DNA of 63,703 nt, the filler included, from Octopus bimaculoides (lineage: Eukaryota): NCBI RefSeq assembly GCF_001194135.2. It is 7 parts of 6 records of this genome, joined end to end, with 100 filler letters (N's around TTAATTAATTAA, not from the genome) between each part and the next. Parts side by side here need not be neighbours in the genome. Positions count along the whole stretch, not along the records: positions 1 to 16,654 come from NC_068990.1; 6 more parts are not named here. The stretch is one strand, 5' to 3'. Positions 1 through 12,136 of this stretch are shown here, piece by piece (the stretch's first letter is position 1; each line of letters begins with the position of its first letter). The translations under genes and the position numbers were made by a program. The notes under the pieces are model-generated. The model made no database searches and was not told the DNA's origin. It saw only the letters and a list, made by a program, of their open reading frames with translations.

Positions 1-1989
1 ATATCACTATGTTTATGTTATACTACTCGCGTATACATTGTGGAAAAGGATTATCCACTGTTATTTTCTCTTCTGAGAGAAAAAATGGCTTCGTACACGT
101 ATTGTGTTAAGAAGACAATATATACTGGAGCGAGCCGGAGATCGTCGCAGCAGTGCCTTATGGGAATGTTACACACGTTTCTCCACACTTAGGATGTGTC
201 AATGCTGCACCCTAATTTATTGTAGAAAATTTTCCAAGATGAAAAATCTCGGTGAACATTTCTCTTTCTACGGTTTGTATGCTCGTATAATACACAGATG
301 ACTATTTTAATTTAAAGTTATTTCGATTGTGTCCAACGACATATATATATAATGTGCTCCACACAGTGTTTTCTCAAAGAAAGTTCACGACACATTGATC
401 CATTGGTCGATAAAAAGGGTAGAATAAATTTTCCCCAGCTGCTGCTTGGGAATACTGTTAAATCACATAAATATGCTTGTCTGATGGTGTTAATAATTCG
501 AGGTAAATATGTTTCCCTTAATATGACGCCAATTTGTCATTAAGATATTTTCTCGTTATTTATAAAAAAAAATGTCGATAAGTTATTAATGCGAATCACC
601 AGTCATTTTTGCAGAGCTGTAAGACTATTTGCAGCAATGAAACATCGCATTCTGCTATGTTTAATTAAACTCGAAGGACTCGATCAATATAGAGGAGTGA
701 AGAATCAATGTCATTGCTTCAGATAAAGATGTTTAGTGGCATGAAGGAAATGAAAATTAAAGATGAATTCAAAACGTAACTCACAGCATATTGGGTTGAA
801 GCGAAATATTTTAATGGATTTAACTGGATGTTTTAGTATTTCTGAACATATATTGGTCTCTGCCAATAAACTGCATTAATAGCAACACAAATATTTTCCT
901 TTTTTGAACATCAAACCTATAAATAGCAATCGCTAAAGGCATTTTAAGTGAATTTGCTTGGAGGAAACTACATGGTTGCTCGCGTATATGTGTGTGTGTG
1001 TNNNNNNNNNNNNNNNNNNNNNNNNNNNNNNNNNNNNNNNNNNNNNNNNNNNNNNNNNNNNNNNNNNNNNNNNNNNNNNNNNNNNNNNNNNNNNNNNNNN
1101 NNNNNNNNNNNNNNNNNNNNNNNNNNNNNNNNNNNNNNNNNNNNNNNNNNNNNNNNNNNNNNNNNNNNNNNNNNNNNNNNNNNNNNNNNNNNNNNNNNNN
1201 NNNNNNNNNNNNNNNNNNNNNNNNNNNNNNNNNNNNNNNNNNNNNNNNNNNNNNNNNNNNNNNNNNNNNATATATATATATATATATATAATTATGTAGC
1301 ATGGAAACGATGCAATGTAATCAGGAATGGGCTTAGAACATTTTCTCCTTTTTTATGCTTTCTAGATCTGAGATTATCTCAGTGTTTTATCTGTTTACTA
1401 ATTCCCTAATCGTATTCAGTTCCTGCCCGTTTTCTCATTTGGCAAGGTTTTCCATGTTCAACAATATCATATGAAACAAGAATCTTTGATCTCCAACTGT
1501 AGCTTCATATTTTAGCTATTGGCCGTACTGATCACTAGGCAATTTATTGATCGATCAATTCTCAATGGTTCATGTCTGACATTTCTATCCATAATCCATC
1601 AAACATTAAAGTCAACAAAACTGTTTGCATCTAAATCCATGATTATGTTATTAATAATTTGATACTGCACGCGATTGTTACGAGATTAAATACCATCCGT
1701 ATTTGAATGATTGTAGTTTTTAAAGGCATTTACGTTCGGGAGATACATAATTTCCTTTAATCATGAAATAGTCTACAATGACATCTTGTGTGAACATGAG
1801 TAATGATATGCGGTATTAAGTAGTGTTAAAACGCCATAAATATTTCAAGTTATGTATATTGAGTGCAAGGATGCCAGGCTAATAATCGTAATACTCAATA
1901 CTGGCAATACATTTATATTTTTTGGATGTTTTTTTTCGTGTTAATTGACGTATATTTTGATATTTACGCTATTAAAGAGGTGGAAAATG

Positions 1990-2330
1990 TTGCGAAATGG
2001 GAGAATTGTGAGAGCATTGGTAAGAAAAATACCTAGCGGCATATCTTCCGACTGTTTATGTTCCATGTTGAAAATCAGCCGGCGTAAACTATATTTCATA
2101 ATTTCGGACTTGATAAAATAAAGAACCAGTCTAGCACTAAAATCAATAAAAAGACTTAACCATTCCCTCAAAATTACAGGCCTTGTCGAACTGGCAAAAT
2201 CGTTAGCACGCAAGTTGAGATGGATAGTGGAATTGTGTTCGTATTTATGTTCTGAGTTCAAATTCCCCTAAATTCGACTTAATTTCGTCATTTTGAGGTC
2301 GGCAACACAAGAACTAGTAGTGCAGCGGAG
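1990..2330 (+). mobile_element. Two degenerate head-to-tail copies of tRNA-derived SINE group C
   Basis: Contains ctggcaaaatcgttagcacg (A-box region) and ttctgagttcaaattcc (B-box), matching the better-preserved copies at 22625-22812 and 33175-33372. Confidence 0.6.
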
Positions 2331-2370
2331 TCATTGTGAAATTTAAAGCAATGTGTCTATAGTAGAAAGG

Positions 2371-2433
<63 letters not shown>

Positions 2434-2435
<2 letters not shown>

Positions 2436-2985
2436 TGTTATCATTTCTTCGTAACACAGTGTAAGTAAAAATGCACCGGAGTCTTTAGCCATCTGTCAAG
2501 TCACAGCAAGGACCTCAGACAGATAATACATGCCTTTAAGACGTGCGCTGTCCCCAATAAGGCTGCTTTTTGCAAGACATCAATCTGCCATGGGATTTCC
2601 ATTTGCCTTAAGAAGTCTTGAAGTTTCAATGGGATTGAGCCCAACACTCCGATCACCACTGGTATCACTTTTATATTACCCTCCCGCATTCCATACAGTC
2701 TTGCCAATTCCACTTTCAATTCGGAGTACCTGGTGATTTTTTCGACTTCTTTACTCACAACTTTCATGTCATTTGGTATGGCTACATGAATGATCTGACA
2801 GTATTTGTCTCTCTTATTCAATATTACAATATCCGGTCGACAGTGTTCGATTACACGATCCGTCTGAAAATCATAGTCCTAGAGTATCGTTACCTTTCCT
2901 TCCTCCTGGATAACTTTACTTGGTACATTCTCATACCAGTTCTCTGTTACTTCATATTGGTATTTACGCATAACAGTCAATGAAG
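2434..2985 (-). mobile_element. R4/Dong-like non-LTR retrotransposon, 3' fragment (RLE domain, 3' UTR, (AAT)n tail)
   Basis: Minus strand reads KYQYEVTENWYENVPSKVIQEEGKVTIL*DYDFQTDRVIEHCRPDIVILNKRDKYCQIIHVAIP...KITRYSELKVEL...IPVVIGVLGSIP...LQKAALLGTAHVL, a PD-(D/E)xK RLE signature. There is a TAG for Trp at 2879-2881. The element abuts (ATT)21 at 2371-2433. Confidence 0.88.
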
Positions 2986-3639
2986 ATACACAACCACTTT
3001 ATCGTGGTGGTGCTTGTATTCTTTTTGTGCAAGGCTTTGAGTTCAAATCCTATTGCAAGCTATATCCGTCGATATAATTGTCTATGTTCCCCCTATAAAA
3101 TCGTGGATTACGAATAAATATTATGGCGTTGAAATGTTACTAAGTATAGAGCAGTGACAGTAATAAATACTGTCATTGTTCTATACTTAATAACATTTTC
3201 GCTGTACCTTCCGCGTTGCCATTTTGTACTTGAACAAATTATTGACGGTATCAGAAAGACTAACCTCCTATTGCAATGTGTCCACGCCGTCCTATCTTCC
3301 TTCTTTTCCTCCTATCTCTTTCTCTCTCTATCTCCCCCCCCTCTCTCTCTCTGTTCTTCTCTCTAGTTTCACTGCATTTCATTCAATAACTCTGCCCCTT
3401 GTTCTCTATATTCACCAATGTTCTCAGATTCTCTGAACTTTATTTACATTGAATCCACAGATCTCTTTATGAACATAGACAATGAATGATTATCGCTTCT
3501 TCAATGAAATCTAGTTCTTTACACCACGAGAGAATCCCGTCAACACGGAAGCGTTTACATGGTCGCTTTATCTGCCAGATACAGCAACCTAACTTCATTG
3601 AATCACAACATATAGTTCTAAATGTACCGTCTTGAAGAA

Positions 3640-3830
3640 GATATGATAATCACATGTGGAACGTCTGTAATCATAAATCTATCTCCCCCATCAACAAGGA
3701 ATACTCATTTTGATCACTACACTTCTTCCGTTGACACCTCTGCCCTGCCTTCAAATTATATTTCTCCGCCAGTAATTAACTTTCATAGTTTCAAGCCGAT
3801 CATTAAGAAGTATATTAACTCTAATTAACT
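3640..3830 (+). mobile_element. Possible CR1/L2/Jockey-type LINE C-terminal remnant
   Basis: STRNTHFDHYTSS...ALPSNYISPPVINFHSFKPIIKKYINSN* weakly resembles the LWNxLP...xxSFKxxxxKHL end of these ORF2 proteins. Recalled similarity only. Confidence 0.3.
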
Positions 3831-5739
3831 GTCTCCATCTTTTAGCAAGGCTATTGATAATTACCCTTGTTCACTGGATTATACTAATCTTTAGATTTTC
3901 TATTCTTTGCTAGTTTCTGTCATCGTACCGTGACCAAGATAAAGCAGAAACCTCAAAAGTCCATTCCATTCACTCCTGCCGATACTTGCACTTTGTTTCA
4001 TACGTCTTTTGCTTATCGGTATTTGCGTGGACAACCTCTCTTACTTACGAAGACATAAAGTGACACAGCATAAATAATACCGGCTTTTAGACCTGCTTAA
4101 GGATACACAGATGATGATGATAATGTGTGTGTGTGTGTTTGTGTGTGTTTGTGTGTGTTTGTGTGTGTTGGTGTAGAACAAGATTCTGCATTCCATCTGC
4201 TAAATTTGTTCTTGTTCAAATCCACGAAGCACGTTGTTTGAAACTCTCTTTAGTCATATTCACAGGGAAGTTTGGAATGTAAGCTAACAATTTAAATGGT
4301 GATGTTGTCCAGGTGTCGAAGAGCATTGTTACAAAATATAGCAATAATATATTGAGTTAGATGCATTTGTCCATTTGTAAGTAATGCGTGGTCGTCAAAA
4401 CCTGCTTAATTATTTGAACCTGAAACCCGGTTTCCTGGTGTTTTATCCGTTTTTATATATCAGATAGTGTAGACAGAAAGGTTATGAATTTAAATGGCGG
4501 TTGAATGAGGCCGAGATAATGGCATGACCAAATCTTTTCTGAAAAGCAACAGAGATGTGAAAAGGTTAATTTTGTTTCAACAGTAAATGGAAACTACATT
4601 TAAAAAAATTAATTAACCCACTGCTAATACATAATCATTTGATTCAATAAGAGGAATGAAGTCGATTGAAGTCAATTCACAATTATACTGATAAATACTT
4701 TAAATATACTTGCAAAAGTGGTATGATGACCATGAATGTATTTGAACGCAACATAAAGCAATGCAAGACAAAATACTGCAAATCTAACGCTGCACTCTAT
4801 TGTTCTAATCATATTTCAACCCAGATAGATAGCGATTAATATTAGATATTTCATTTGAAAGATTTTGATGGAGTTTTATTGCATAATTTCCTAGTAGATG
4901 AAAAGCAAAATTTATAAAATGGTAAGCTTCGGCATAATATCTAGGGGGCTATTGATTACTTTGTTTGTTGTAGAAACGCTCGAGATGAAAAGATGCAAAC
5001 TAATTTTATATTTTTAGATATACATTCAGATTTTAAATTTATTCTAACAATATAGCCATAATTTGTATTTATAAACCTAGACCCAATAATCTTGTTTGGA
5101 AAATCTGAAAATTTTGTATTTAATGTCCATTTATAACGCATTTCTCGTTAATGTTTGATGTTACATTAATGTCACTGAATAACAATGAAAGCTTTGCTCT
5201 CGCTGTCAAAAGGAAACATATTTTGACTTGTTATGGCGAAATTTAGATTTTGTTTGTTTCAAGAATTGTTTAACTCTTAAGACGTTCTGAACTTTAATAC
5301 TTCGACAGTTCTATTCGTGAATTACAATAGATTGATATACTTATATGTCTCCTCCCCTTCTCCTCTTACTCCTCTTGACCTGACAGCTATCTTCCAGAGC
5401 TCTTTGGCTAAACTTATTTAACCAGTACCGTATTTCTCAAGAACTTCCAGATCGTTCACGCTTTCTCTTTCAACGACTAATTCCAAATAAACGGAAATTT
5501 AACGCAAATATGTTGAACGTCATGCATTACTAACTCATCTATCAATTTGAGGGAGTGTTTAAAAGATAAGAACAATGATTTCGTGCTTCAGACATATATA
5601 GAAAGATATTTTCTTTCAGTCAATATTGTCATAAAATAAGTTCCAAATGGATTCGGATAATTCTGATTATATGTATGGTTTCTATCAAGCTTAGTAATTA
5701 CATCTTCGTGTATTACGGTCTTACGGTCAATATTTGTTT

Positions 5740-5880
5740 CAAATTTTGGCACAAAGCTTGCAATTTCCGGTGAGGGGTTACATCAATTACAGGAACCCCA
5801 GTGCTCAACTGGTACTTATATTATCAACCCCGAAAGAATGAAAGGCAAGGTCGACTGCTGAGGAATTTTAACTAAGAACA
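5740..5880 (-). mobile_element. SINE group C copy (lacking the head)
   Basis: caaattttggcacaaagcttgc...gtacttatattatcaaccccgaaagaatgaaaggcaaggtcgac...gaatttaactaagaac, the reverse complement of the group C body. Confidence 0.75.
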
Positions 5881-6039
5881 TATATCACCTGATATATGCC
5901 CTTCTGGCAAATTTCAGGCCTCTGACTGCTGACAACTCGTATATACCACCTTAACAACCAGCTGTTACTTTGCACCGCCTGCATTAAGGTCACCCATGTA
6001 CGGGACTGCCATTTATCAATACCCAACGCTTAGCAATCC

Positions 6040-6822
6040 CAATGCTTGTTTTGCGTGTGTATACTCGGGCACGCATGTAGTCTTTTCAGTGCCATGGCAG
6101 TCAAGTGGATTCTGTAAAGCTATTCTTCGATATGATATACTTATTATTCTAGCTTCTAGGTTCTGATATGAACATTAGTAAAAGCCAGGGGCAAACACTA
6201 AATGTTGCTGGATTGCAACTTGAAGAACAAACAGAAGTTTGAAAATGAAATCCATCTTTTTTCTACTTCAATTATTACATGTCTTTCTCTTAAATAATAT
6301 ATACATACAGAACGAGTAAACTGAAATCTGACAGGGCACAGCATTTGTAATTTCATTGGACTATTACTTACTGTTGTCTTGCTTTCTATTCCTGTAATAT
6401 AGCGTCGGAATTTCAGCACTAACACTGACAGAACACAGCATTTGTAATTTCCTTTGACTATTACTTATTGATTTCCTAATCATAAAATATCTACTAAAAA
6501 GAAACCGTCAAATGACGCACGTCGTGCAATGCTTTTTCTATATCGCCTATTATGCTATTGCCTAATTTGTCGCAATAAAAATTATGCAACACTAATTGTG
6601 CACCGGCTCACCATTTGTAATTTTATTTCACTATTACTTATTGATATTCCTAATAAAAAATGTCTCCTAAAAAATACCGTCAAAAAAACGAACACCAAGC
6701 GCCATCGGAGTCAACTGGATTCCGTAAAGCTAATCTTCTATATTATATACCCATTTTTCTAGTTTCTCGGCTCGAGAAACTGTAAAAGTAACTATCCGGT
6801 CAACGACGGGTATTATTGCTAG
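6040..6822 (+). mobile_element. Non-autonomous Helitron-like element, 3' portion with internal repeats
   Basis: The end tatccggtcaacgacgggtattattgCTAG|T resembles the Helitron end at 42055-42083. Internal duplications: 6065-6170 versus 6695-6780, and three copies of a cagcatttgtaatttc...ctattactta motif. The left boundary is uncertain. Confidence 0.55.
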
Positions 6823-7716
6823 TACACACACACATAGACACACACACACATATAAATTATTTTCATACATATAATTTGTTGACCAATTTGTGAAGCTTTC
6901 CACCAGCTGATTCTACACTGCCATATCCTGAGATATCTAATTAAATTTGTATTATGAAGTCGTCTCGCAGTGTCACAAAGAGAAGATACACTTTATCAGC
7001 CACACGAAATGCAAAACGTCTGTTGCCTTCAAGTTGTTTAGTCTATCCTGAAGATGAATTTACCAGTGATCCATCAGCCTTTATAATGTCAACAATCAAT
7101 TAGTGGAAACCACCTCTTTTGTTGTCAACTCTTTTGTTGTCAACTCTTTTGATCATGGGATAGACTGGTGGACTTAAATAACAAACACATTGATTACTGT
7201 TAAGAAGCGGTGCGCCGTTTGAAATGGTAAGCAAAGGGACTGTGAACTATAATAAACGCTAGTTATATATTAAACTTACTTTAATACAGTGCGTACTATT
7301 TGCTATAAACACTGAAATAGATATTTAAAGTTACAGACGTAAATTAATAGTATTAAATATACAGAGCATTTCAAAAGTTTCTTTAGCATGAATATAAACT
7401 AGCTAGACAGCCCCCTTCCTAAAGGTAATGTAAAAGGAAAAGGGGTTCTATACCCCTTTTTATTTACTGACCAGGCTCCCGTGGCTTTTATGGGTTTTTT
7501 CCACGTGTAACCTTTCGAAGCGCTTCCCTCTATTGGAAGTTTTTATCTTTCTCTGTTTTCTCACTGTTTACACGAACGTTTTCTTTTCGGAAAAAATCCT
7601 TTGTAAACTTCGTCCTGTCTTTGTCCTTACATGTTTTAAATTAGCCATGTGGCTAATAAAACCAGAATCAATTATCATCATCATCATCATCATCATCATT
7701 ATTATTATTATTAGTT

Positions 7717-7780
<64 letters not shown>

Positions 7781-7909
7781 CAGTCAAATTCCGCCGAGGT
7801 TAGTTCGTATTCCATTCTTATGAGGGTCGATGAAATAAGTGCCTGTTGCACACTGGGTTCGATGTTATCGACTACCCCCTCACGCCAAAGATATTTACTT
7901 AAATCTCTT

Positions 7910-8290
7910 AAGTCGCTGGTGCCAATTGTCTCTTCCTTATTGGTAGCGCTATTATTATCTTTTCCTTTGGGTACTTCTTTGGTTCTGTATCTCTTATGAT
8001 GTTGTTTGTCTTTCCTACTGCCTGGTCTTTCTTTTCTAGTTATCTTGCAAACTCTTCTACCTCCAATTCTGTCATCTACTTTTTTCTTCTAATTGCATTA
8101 GCTTGATCATCTAATCTCTGTTCAGCCATTTTAAATATAACCTTCTCTGCCCAAAGTGTTAAGATCCGTTTTCTATAACACCTTCTTTGAGGTTCACTTT
8201 CTAAGTAGCACTGCATCACTATCGTGTTTTCTTCGCTGGTCCACTTCTTCTTTGCTTCATTATCTGCTCATGCTGTATTAGAATAACAGC
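7910..8290 (-). mobile_element. R4/Dong-like LINE ORF N-terminal fragment (Myb-like region)
   Basis: Minus strand reads AKKKWTSEENTIVMQCYLESEPQRRCYRKRILTLWAEKVIFKMAEQRLDDQANAIRRKK*MTELEVEEF, resembling the KWT.EEN...CY....P..RGYRKRM..LW...EQRLADQ...I start of Dong/R4 ORFs. Stops at 8076-8078 and 8040-8042. Confidence 0.75.
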
Positions 8291-9525
8291 TATGGTCAGT
8301 GTGCATCTTTACTGAATCACTGCCGAGCGGGAGACCTTTCCTTAAAGGTCCAGCTTTATTTTCATCAGAGTTTCTTCGGAAACTCCTGTCTATCATAAAC
8401 TGAGGTAAGGTAACTTTCGTGAACATCATCATCACCACTATCATTTTTCGACATCTGAAAGTTTCAAGCAACTTTCTGTTGCATAATTTGTTGCAACTTT
8501 GCGCTGATGGGGTGAAGTGGCCTGCATTTGTTTTTGGGGGGGGGATATTATATTGTATCTATGTTTTGTTATAGGGTTTAGTTTGAGTCTTCTGTTGTAT
8601 TAGTTTTTGTATTGTGTGTTGTTGTGCAGTGCAAGTTGTGGTCTTCTGTCCGGTATCGCCCTTCTATGACATGTTTTATGGGTTTGTTCATTTTGTTGGG
8701 TATTTACAATATAAGTTTATTCTTGTATATTTTTGAAGGGGTTCTGCATAGTAGTGTGTTTAAATCCTAAATAAACTATTTCATAATATTTATGATTCTC
8801 TGTCCACGGATCTTCCTCTTTTGGTTGGTTTTGTTAGGGCTCCTTTTTTTCAGCGTTTACCTTTTTAACTGAACACCGCCTATGGACATGTGTTGATGTT
8901 TCTTTCGTAGTTATAACTATAATTATAATTATTATTTATGTATCAGCGAGAGACCGAGAAGAAACAGGAATGTACATATATATAGTAGTAGTACTGGTGA
9001 GGCTAGTAGTGGTGGTGGGGTTGGTAGTATTAGTATTAGTAGTATCAGCAGCAACAACAACAGCAGGATGAGAAACAGCAGCAATAGCAGTGGCAGCAGC
9101 AGCAGCAGTAGTTGTAGTAGTAGTGGTAGCAGCAGAACTGGCAGCACTCTGTGAAAAGGTGTTCTTGTAAACTAAGGAAGTTGTTGGATGAGAAGGTAGG
9201 TAATGAATTCTAAATTAGATAACCGATAGATAGCTTGGAATAAGTGATATCTGTAAAAACTACACCGGAGCAAATATGACCAGTCGTTCAATCGGATGCG
9301 ATAATGACTGCTTCTATGACATTAGACATGTCAACTAACGATCCTCTTTTGTCGCCTCCTGAAATACCATAATGTTAAATAATTCAAGTGTTCTTTATTA
9401 CCCAACAGTCAAGACACATGTTACACGTTACATCAATTATTAATAACATTTTAATAAATCAATGAGAGAGAACGTTATTTTCGCTATAACTGACAAAAAA
9501 GTTGTCCATTCTTGATTCATTACAA

Positions 9526-10659
9526 TATTGGGACATGTCATAAATAATGCAGTGTTTTCACTTAGATAAACTACCTCAATCAACTTGCTATAAAAGCAAG
9601 TAGTCATTTTACCTTGTCCTTATTCTTAGTGCAAGTTTTGAAGAATGCAGAGCCGATTTTAACAGTTATTTTTTCGTAGCTATAATGGAAGTGATAAAGG
9701 AGCATATTCGGCATATTTTGCTTTATGAGTTCAATAAAGGCAACATCGCAACGGAAAGTGCGGGGAATATTAAGGTAGTATATGGGGATCGGACAATAAA
9801 CGTAAGCCAGAATCAACGGTGGAACCAGAAACTCCGAGCCGGAAACTAGAGCCTAGAGGGCAAGCCTCATCCTGGAATATTTGTAGAGCTCGTCGAGGAT
9901 GCCCTGCAAAACCTGGTGGAACAAAATCCTATCGTTACTGTTGAGAAACTATAAGAGAAGCTTGGATTTGATCATTCAACTATTCATCGACACCTGCGTT
10001 CCATCTTCTTTGCTGTCACGTCTCACGAATGAACCTTTTTGGGGACCCAAGTGGGACTGGTGACGGGAAATGGGTTCTCTATAAAAATGTCAAATGTCTA
10101 AGGCAGTGGATAGGGAAAGGAGAACCACCGGCAACCCAGACTAAAGATCTTCAACCACATAAGGTGTTGTTATCTGTTTGGTGGGATATGAAAGGTTTAG
10201 TCCACACTGAACCCTTAAAGCCAGCGGCTTAAATCAGCGCTAGAACAAAAACGACCATCTTTGGTTTCAAGACGAAAGGTGTTCTTCCATCAGGATAATG
10301 CTCGGCCACATACAGCGAAGATGAAATTCTAAACGCGGGAGTAGTTTGGATGGGAAACGATGCCCCACCCACCATATTCACTGGATATTGCCCCATCTAA
10401 TTATCATTTATTTCGCAGTCTTCAAAATCGTTTGGATGGAACAAATATGAATTCTGTAAACGAGGTCAGATCAGTACTGGGGGAGTATGTTTCATCACGG
10501 ACTAGTGAATTTTGGAAGAGAGGCCTTAGATAGATGGTAGAGCATTGCAGAAAATGATGGACAGTATATTTTAGATTAAAAAAGATCTTCGTTTTTATCT
10601 TAATTTTGAAAAATAAAAGAAGTATAACAAAACCGCATTATGTATGGGGTGACCCAGTA
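9526..10659 (+). mobile_element. Decayed mariner (DD34D) transposon with both terminal inverted repeats (TIRs)
   Basis: 5' TIR TATTGGGACATGTCATAAATAATGCAGT versus reverse complement of the 3' TIR TACTGGGTCACCCCATACATAATGCGGT (21/28 identical), with TA ends. The pseudo-ORF 9685-10579 contains MEVIKEHIRHILLYEFNKG, TGDGKWVLY, KVLLSVWWD, FHQDNARPH and HPPYSLDIAPSNYHLF, with stops, frameshifts and internal deletions. Confidence 0.95.
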
Positions 10660-10916
10660 TTATGAACGACAGGTAAGGTTTCCATTTGAAGGAGCAGAGT
10701 TTTGCCAGCGTGACATCATGCTTGCACGAAGTCTGTCACGGTGGTGGAGTCGACTTTGCTCAAATGTTTGAATTATGGAGAATCAGGAATGGCCCTAGAT
10801 CCTGCGCTCTGATGCTTTTTTTTTTCTAGGAAGAAAAGCAAATGTTGCATCGATTCAGATTGTCTTTCACTTTGTCTTTGAAGCGCAAATGTGAATTAGA
10901 AGCAGCTCGAGTGTCG

Positions 10917-10958
<42 letters not shown>

Positions 10959-11051
10959 CATGCGCACACATAAATGCATATATATATACATATATACAAA
11001 GACATGTATATATATATATATGTACATATACACATATATAGAGGGAGAGGG

Positions 11052-11082
<31 letters not shown>

Positions 11083-11642
11083 GAGAGAGATAGAGAGAGA
11101 AGAAGCAGTGATGAATTACATAGATGATGGATATATATATATACCTATTGAGAGAAAAAGTAAGGGAGACAGAGACAACAAAAAGAAAGAAAAAAGAGAG
11201 AGTTATAGAGATACGATAAAACACTAAGTTAGGATATGAGATAAGTAGATAAACAGCCAAGATATCTGTTGTGTTAGATGGCTGAATAAACAGTTAGATA
11301 TAGAGTGAGAGCGGGTGTGAATATGGATAGAATGGCCTGATGCCAAACTTTACGAAGATAGAAATGAATGGATGGATAGAAAGGCAGACAGCTTTGATAT
11401 ATCGAGAGAAATAAGTGTTTAACAGTAATTATAGTCAAGGCAACTGTTAGAGGCATTTAGAGAAAAATAATTTATATACAAATAGCAATGGAAACGAAAA
11501 TATGGCGATTAAAATAGTTTCGCAAATAGATTGTGAAAAGAAAAGTGTGAAAGATTGTGAAAAGAGTTGAGGTTCTTTCTTCTCTGACCAACCGGCATTT
11601 TGTTAGGCATAGGGACCCATGGAGAATATCATCATATTCGTT

Positions 11643-11880
11643 TATTCTTTTATTTGTTTCAGTCATTTCACTATGGCCATGCTGGAGCACTGCCTTTAGT
11701 CGAACAAACCGACCTCAGGACTTATTCTTTGTAAGCCTAGTACTTATTCTATCCTTCTCTTTGCCGAATGGCTAAATTACGGGGACGTAAACACACCAAC
11801 ATCGGTTGTCAAGCGACGGTGGGGCGAAAAAAGACACAGACATAGACCCACAGACACAGACACAGACAGACAGACAGACA

Positions 11881-11963
<83 letters not shown>

Positions 11964-12136
11964 CTATACGACGGGCTTCTTTCAGTTTCCGTCTACCAAA
12001 TCCACTCACAAGACTTTGTTCGGCCCGAGGCTATAGTAGAAGACACTTGCTCAAGGTGCTATGCGCAGTCGAACTGAACCCGGAACCATTTGCTTGGTAA
12101 GCAAATTGCATACGTCACAGCCACTCCTGCGTCTAT
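11643..12136 (-). mobile_element. tRNA-derived SINE group A with an internal (CA)n microsatellite
   Basis: Reverse complement of the plus-strand copy at 60534-60927. Head GCAGGAGTGGCTGTG...GGGTTCAGTTC; tail ccagcatggcc...gactgaaacaaataaaagaata. Confidence 0.85.

Noticed and set aside
104-543. Short ORFs at the start of the window
   Set aside because: They have no recognisable domain, motif or consistent splice signals.
8350-8395. Minus-strand hairpin AGTTTC-CGAA-GAAACT followed by CTGATGA, as a hammerhead
   Set aside because: There is no UH cleavage site before the hairpin, and no helix II followed by GAAA after the core.
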